A DNA stretch of 64,000 nt. Source: Dimorphilus gyrociliatus (taxonomy: Eukaryota; Animalia; Annelida). Positions 61,225 through 64,000 of the stretch are shown here, piece after piece. Location of the stretch: NCBI GenBank assembly GCA_904063045.1, contig CAJFCJ010000006.1:2160946-2224945 (forward strand), read 5' to 3'. The notes under the pieces were generated by a model. That model did not search any database and was not told the origin of the DNA. It saw nothing but the letters and a program-made list of their open reading frames with translations. Numbering within the stretch: the stretch's first letter is position 1; every line of letters begins with the position of its first letter. A program made the position numbers and the translations under genes.

Positions 61225-64000
61225 ATGTGGAAAAAACAACTTACTAACGGACTCGTACAACTTGCAATCTTGCTTACTGTTTTGAAGTTGAGGAACGTCA
61301 ATGATTTAAATGATTTGCTGAACATTTCAAATAATTATCCAGAAATTCGCGAGTTCATCGAAGGACCTACATCAGCTTTCACGCAGACGTTTTCCTATCC
61401 CCTTTCAGAATCATATCCGCACCCCAAGATATTCAGAAATGATTATGAAAATATTTTGAATGAAATTTACGATTTAACAAACTACGATGAGGTTTGTAAT
61501 TATTTAAAGTAATTTCTGGTCTGAATTATCAACGAAAAATTTTTAAAGCATGTGATATCAAGAGGACACCGAGATATGACTACGTTGTTGATGGTCGAAG
61601 CACAAAACGGTGCGACTGGTGGTGAAGTGGAAGTTGCGGGCTCGAGTACAGCTTCCAGTAATGCACAAAACTTGTCAAATTTTACCGACGGATTAGATAT
61701 TTTTCCTGGAACTTCACTAACTAAAGATGTAAGTTAACATATCTTTGCAATCTCGTCACTTCGACATGCAATGTATTCCCTTTCATACATACTGAATGCT
61801 GTCATATCTGCTCAATAACATATGTTATAAATCAGCAGCTAAATTAATGCACATGTTAATTACTGCGAACGTTTACCTCATGTGCCGAGGCCAATCAATT
61901 TTGTGACCTAACGAATAGAACTTACTCACTTTTTATTCAGATATGTTCTTAAGATGTATTGCCAAGCTGGCTAAAAGTAGAGCAGTTATAGCTCGATTGA
62001 GAATGTATCGAGAAGTAATAACATATTTTAAGCATATTTTGATTAATAGTAAGACCCTAAACAACATATTTGTTATATTAGTCAGACTAAAATACAAATG
62101 GTTAAGGTATAAGTTCAATTTCGAAATTATTTGGAATGGTTTTTAAATTTCTTGCTGACGATAAGTACACGATAAAAAAACTGGTTGAAAGGATTTACAA
62201 AAAACCGGTTAACGTAATTTTTCGTGATAAAAAAGTCCCTGGAAGGATATGTACAAATAATTCTGTATTATATTTTAATTGCAATCGTGTTTTTAAAAAG
62301 TGAGAGATAAATGCTATTTATATTGAGAAAGTTTAAATGATATCACTTGTGTGCTATTTGTTATATGTTTGAGCAGTCAAGGCAATGGGATCTTGAGAAC
62401 TATTCAATGTGCAATTATTACTCTTTTCCTCCAGGATATCAATTTGATTGATGATCTATGGCAACAAGAAGAAATTGATTCAGAAACAAATTCAGAAAAT
62501 GCGGTCGCTTCACTCCATCAGAAGGGCGCTTATTCATTTCTAGACACGTTCACTCCTGTTTTGGACAAGTTTGAGACAAAGGAGCCATTTCTTGGCAAAC
62601 CGGATGCTTTATTTCAATCCACAAGTGAATCTTCAAGATATCTGTCGGCGAAAACCAATGATTCATTCGACGAACTGGGAATTCAACCCACAAATGAGAA
62701 CAAAGGAAATGAATTGCAAGATTTTTTGAATGCTAATTTCACAACCAACACAGATGCTTTTGGAAGTTCTATTCCAGAAGATGTGCTAATGAGCGACGCC
62801 TTTATATCTGATGACCAAGAGACACCATTAGATAATCTATTGCGTGATTTAGACGGTAAGTTTTATTTATTCAGAAATTGAAAGTGAAATTAATGATTGT
62901 TTTCCGTAACAGCCGCCGAATTGGAAGTTACTACTCCAGAAATAGAAAACATAGCCTCTAACTGGGGCTTGGATATGATTCCAAACTCGCCTGAAGCAAA
63001 TCAAGGTTTTTTAATAATAATATCATTTTGAAGAAGTTATTAACTTTTGATGTCTTTAACAGATGAATCCAACATAAAAGATGATAGTTCTGATAGTGGG
63101 GTATCAAGTAGAGGAAGCACAACCAGAGTAATTATATTTTTCTATCAGTTTAAATCTTGCAATGCATTTTTGTAATCGATTTCTACAAAAAAGGGCTTGG
63201 CCAGAAACACCACTCCCTATTATAAATGTTTAAAAAAATCCATAATTGAATATTTGTATTCTTTTCAGTTTTCCCCAACTGAAGAACACTTAGAGGACAG
63301 TCGCTTACCTCTTTATTCAATTTCCAACCCACCTTCAGATATTTTATCTCTTGCTTCCGATTACACTGACACCGAGCCGTTAGAAGCTAAAGTATCTCAT
63401 TATCAATATGAAAACTCTACCAAATCTGATGATGAATCTGAATTGGAGGAAATGGGGGCTTATGGCGGCGTTGATCCTTCTTGGATTCAACACGATCACC
63501 CATATTCTACAACCGAAAGTCAACATGTTCATCGACAAATGACTGCCCAGAGACATCACTCTATTGTCAATACCAGGAGGCCAAGGCAACGTTCTATGTC
63601 TGCTGCTCCAAGAAGAGCTCTTCCTGAGCCAGTTAATGTTCAAAAACACACAAGATCTCGAGATGAGAAGAAAGCTAAGGCTATGAAAATACCATTAACT
63701 ATTTCACAAATTGTTAATTCAGCAGTTGAAGATTTCAATGATTTGATCGCTGATCACCATCTCACTGAACCCCAATTGCAACTTATTCGAGATATCCGCC
63801 GAAGAGGAAAAAATAAAGTTGCTGCTCAAAATTGTAGGAAACGCAAAATTGAAGTAATTGATCATTTGGAAAAAGAGGTTAATACTTTAAGGCAAGAGAA
63901 AACAAGTCTAGAGAAAGAAGAGGACATGCTGAAAAGGCAGGTAGAAGAATCTAGGAGAAGAATTGAAGAATTGTCTGCTAGTCTATTTAACGAAATACCG
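61225..64000 (+). CDS. NFE2L1: CNC-bZIP transcription factor (Nrf1/NFE2L1-like, membrane-anchored), truncated by the window end
   Basis: CACC-ATG start; NHB1-like MWKKQLTNGLVQLAILLTVL; GPTSAFTQT; LTKD|DINLIDDLWQQ; DSGVS degron; CNC domain SRDEKKAKAMKIP...DFN...LTEPQLQLIRDIRRRGKNKVAAQNCRKRK followed by the zipper. Confidence 0.95.

Noticed and set aside
1-64000. Prokaryotic systems (CRISPR arrays, operons, IS elements), rRNA/tRNA genes, autonomous transposons
   Set aside because: The sequence is spliced eukaryotic DNA. I saw no spaced direct-repeat array, cloverleaf, rRNA signature, long terminal repeats or RT/transposase motifs.

Overview
This is AT-rich, compact, intron-rich eukaryotic DNA, not prokaryotic. 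Most introns are about 55-100 nt GT-AG, so the ORF track mainly shows exon fragments. The conserved animal genes and tight packing suggest a small-genome early-branching animal, probably a placozoan (inference). I assembled 16 protein-coding genes by hand from splice sites and reading-frame phase. In order: C3orf84/HDNR-like (+); an uncharacterised gene with SAXO-like repeats (+); an 11-exon Ig/FN3 type I membrane protein (-); transketolase (+); coatomer zeta (+); NRBP pseudokinase (+); cyclin L (-); Cab45/SDF4 (+); STAT5-like (+); IQCB1/NPHP5 (-); syntaxin-5 (+); EIPR1/TSSC1 (-); calcium-channel alpha2delta (+), which carries an intronless fucosyltransferase-like gene nested on the same strand in one intron; an SLC4 bicarbonate transporter (-); and an Nrf1/CNC bZIP gene (+) that runs off the right edge. 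I found no rRNA, tRNA, CRISPR array or recognisable transposon. The most interesting points are the nested GT37/GT23-like glycosyltransferase, a candidate alternative N-terminal exon and a perfect GAS element at the STAT locus, the orphan Ig/FN3 receptor, a candidate poison exon in cyclin L, a membrane-anchored Nrf with a degenerate Keap1 degron, and a gene set matching the vertebrate Hox-flanking paralogon. Family assignments rest on recalled motif similarity; no database search was run.
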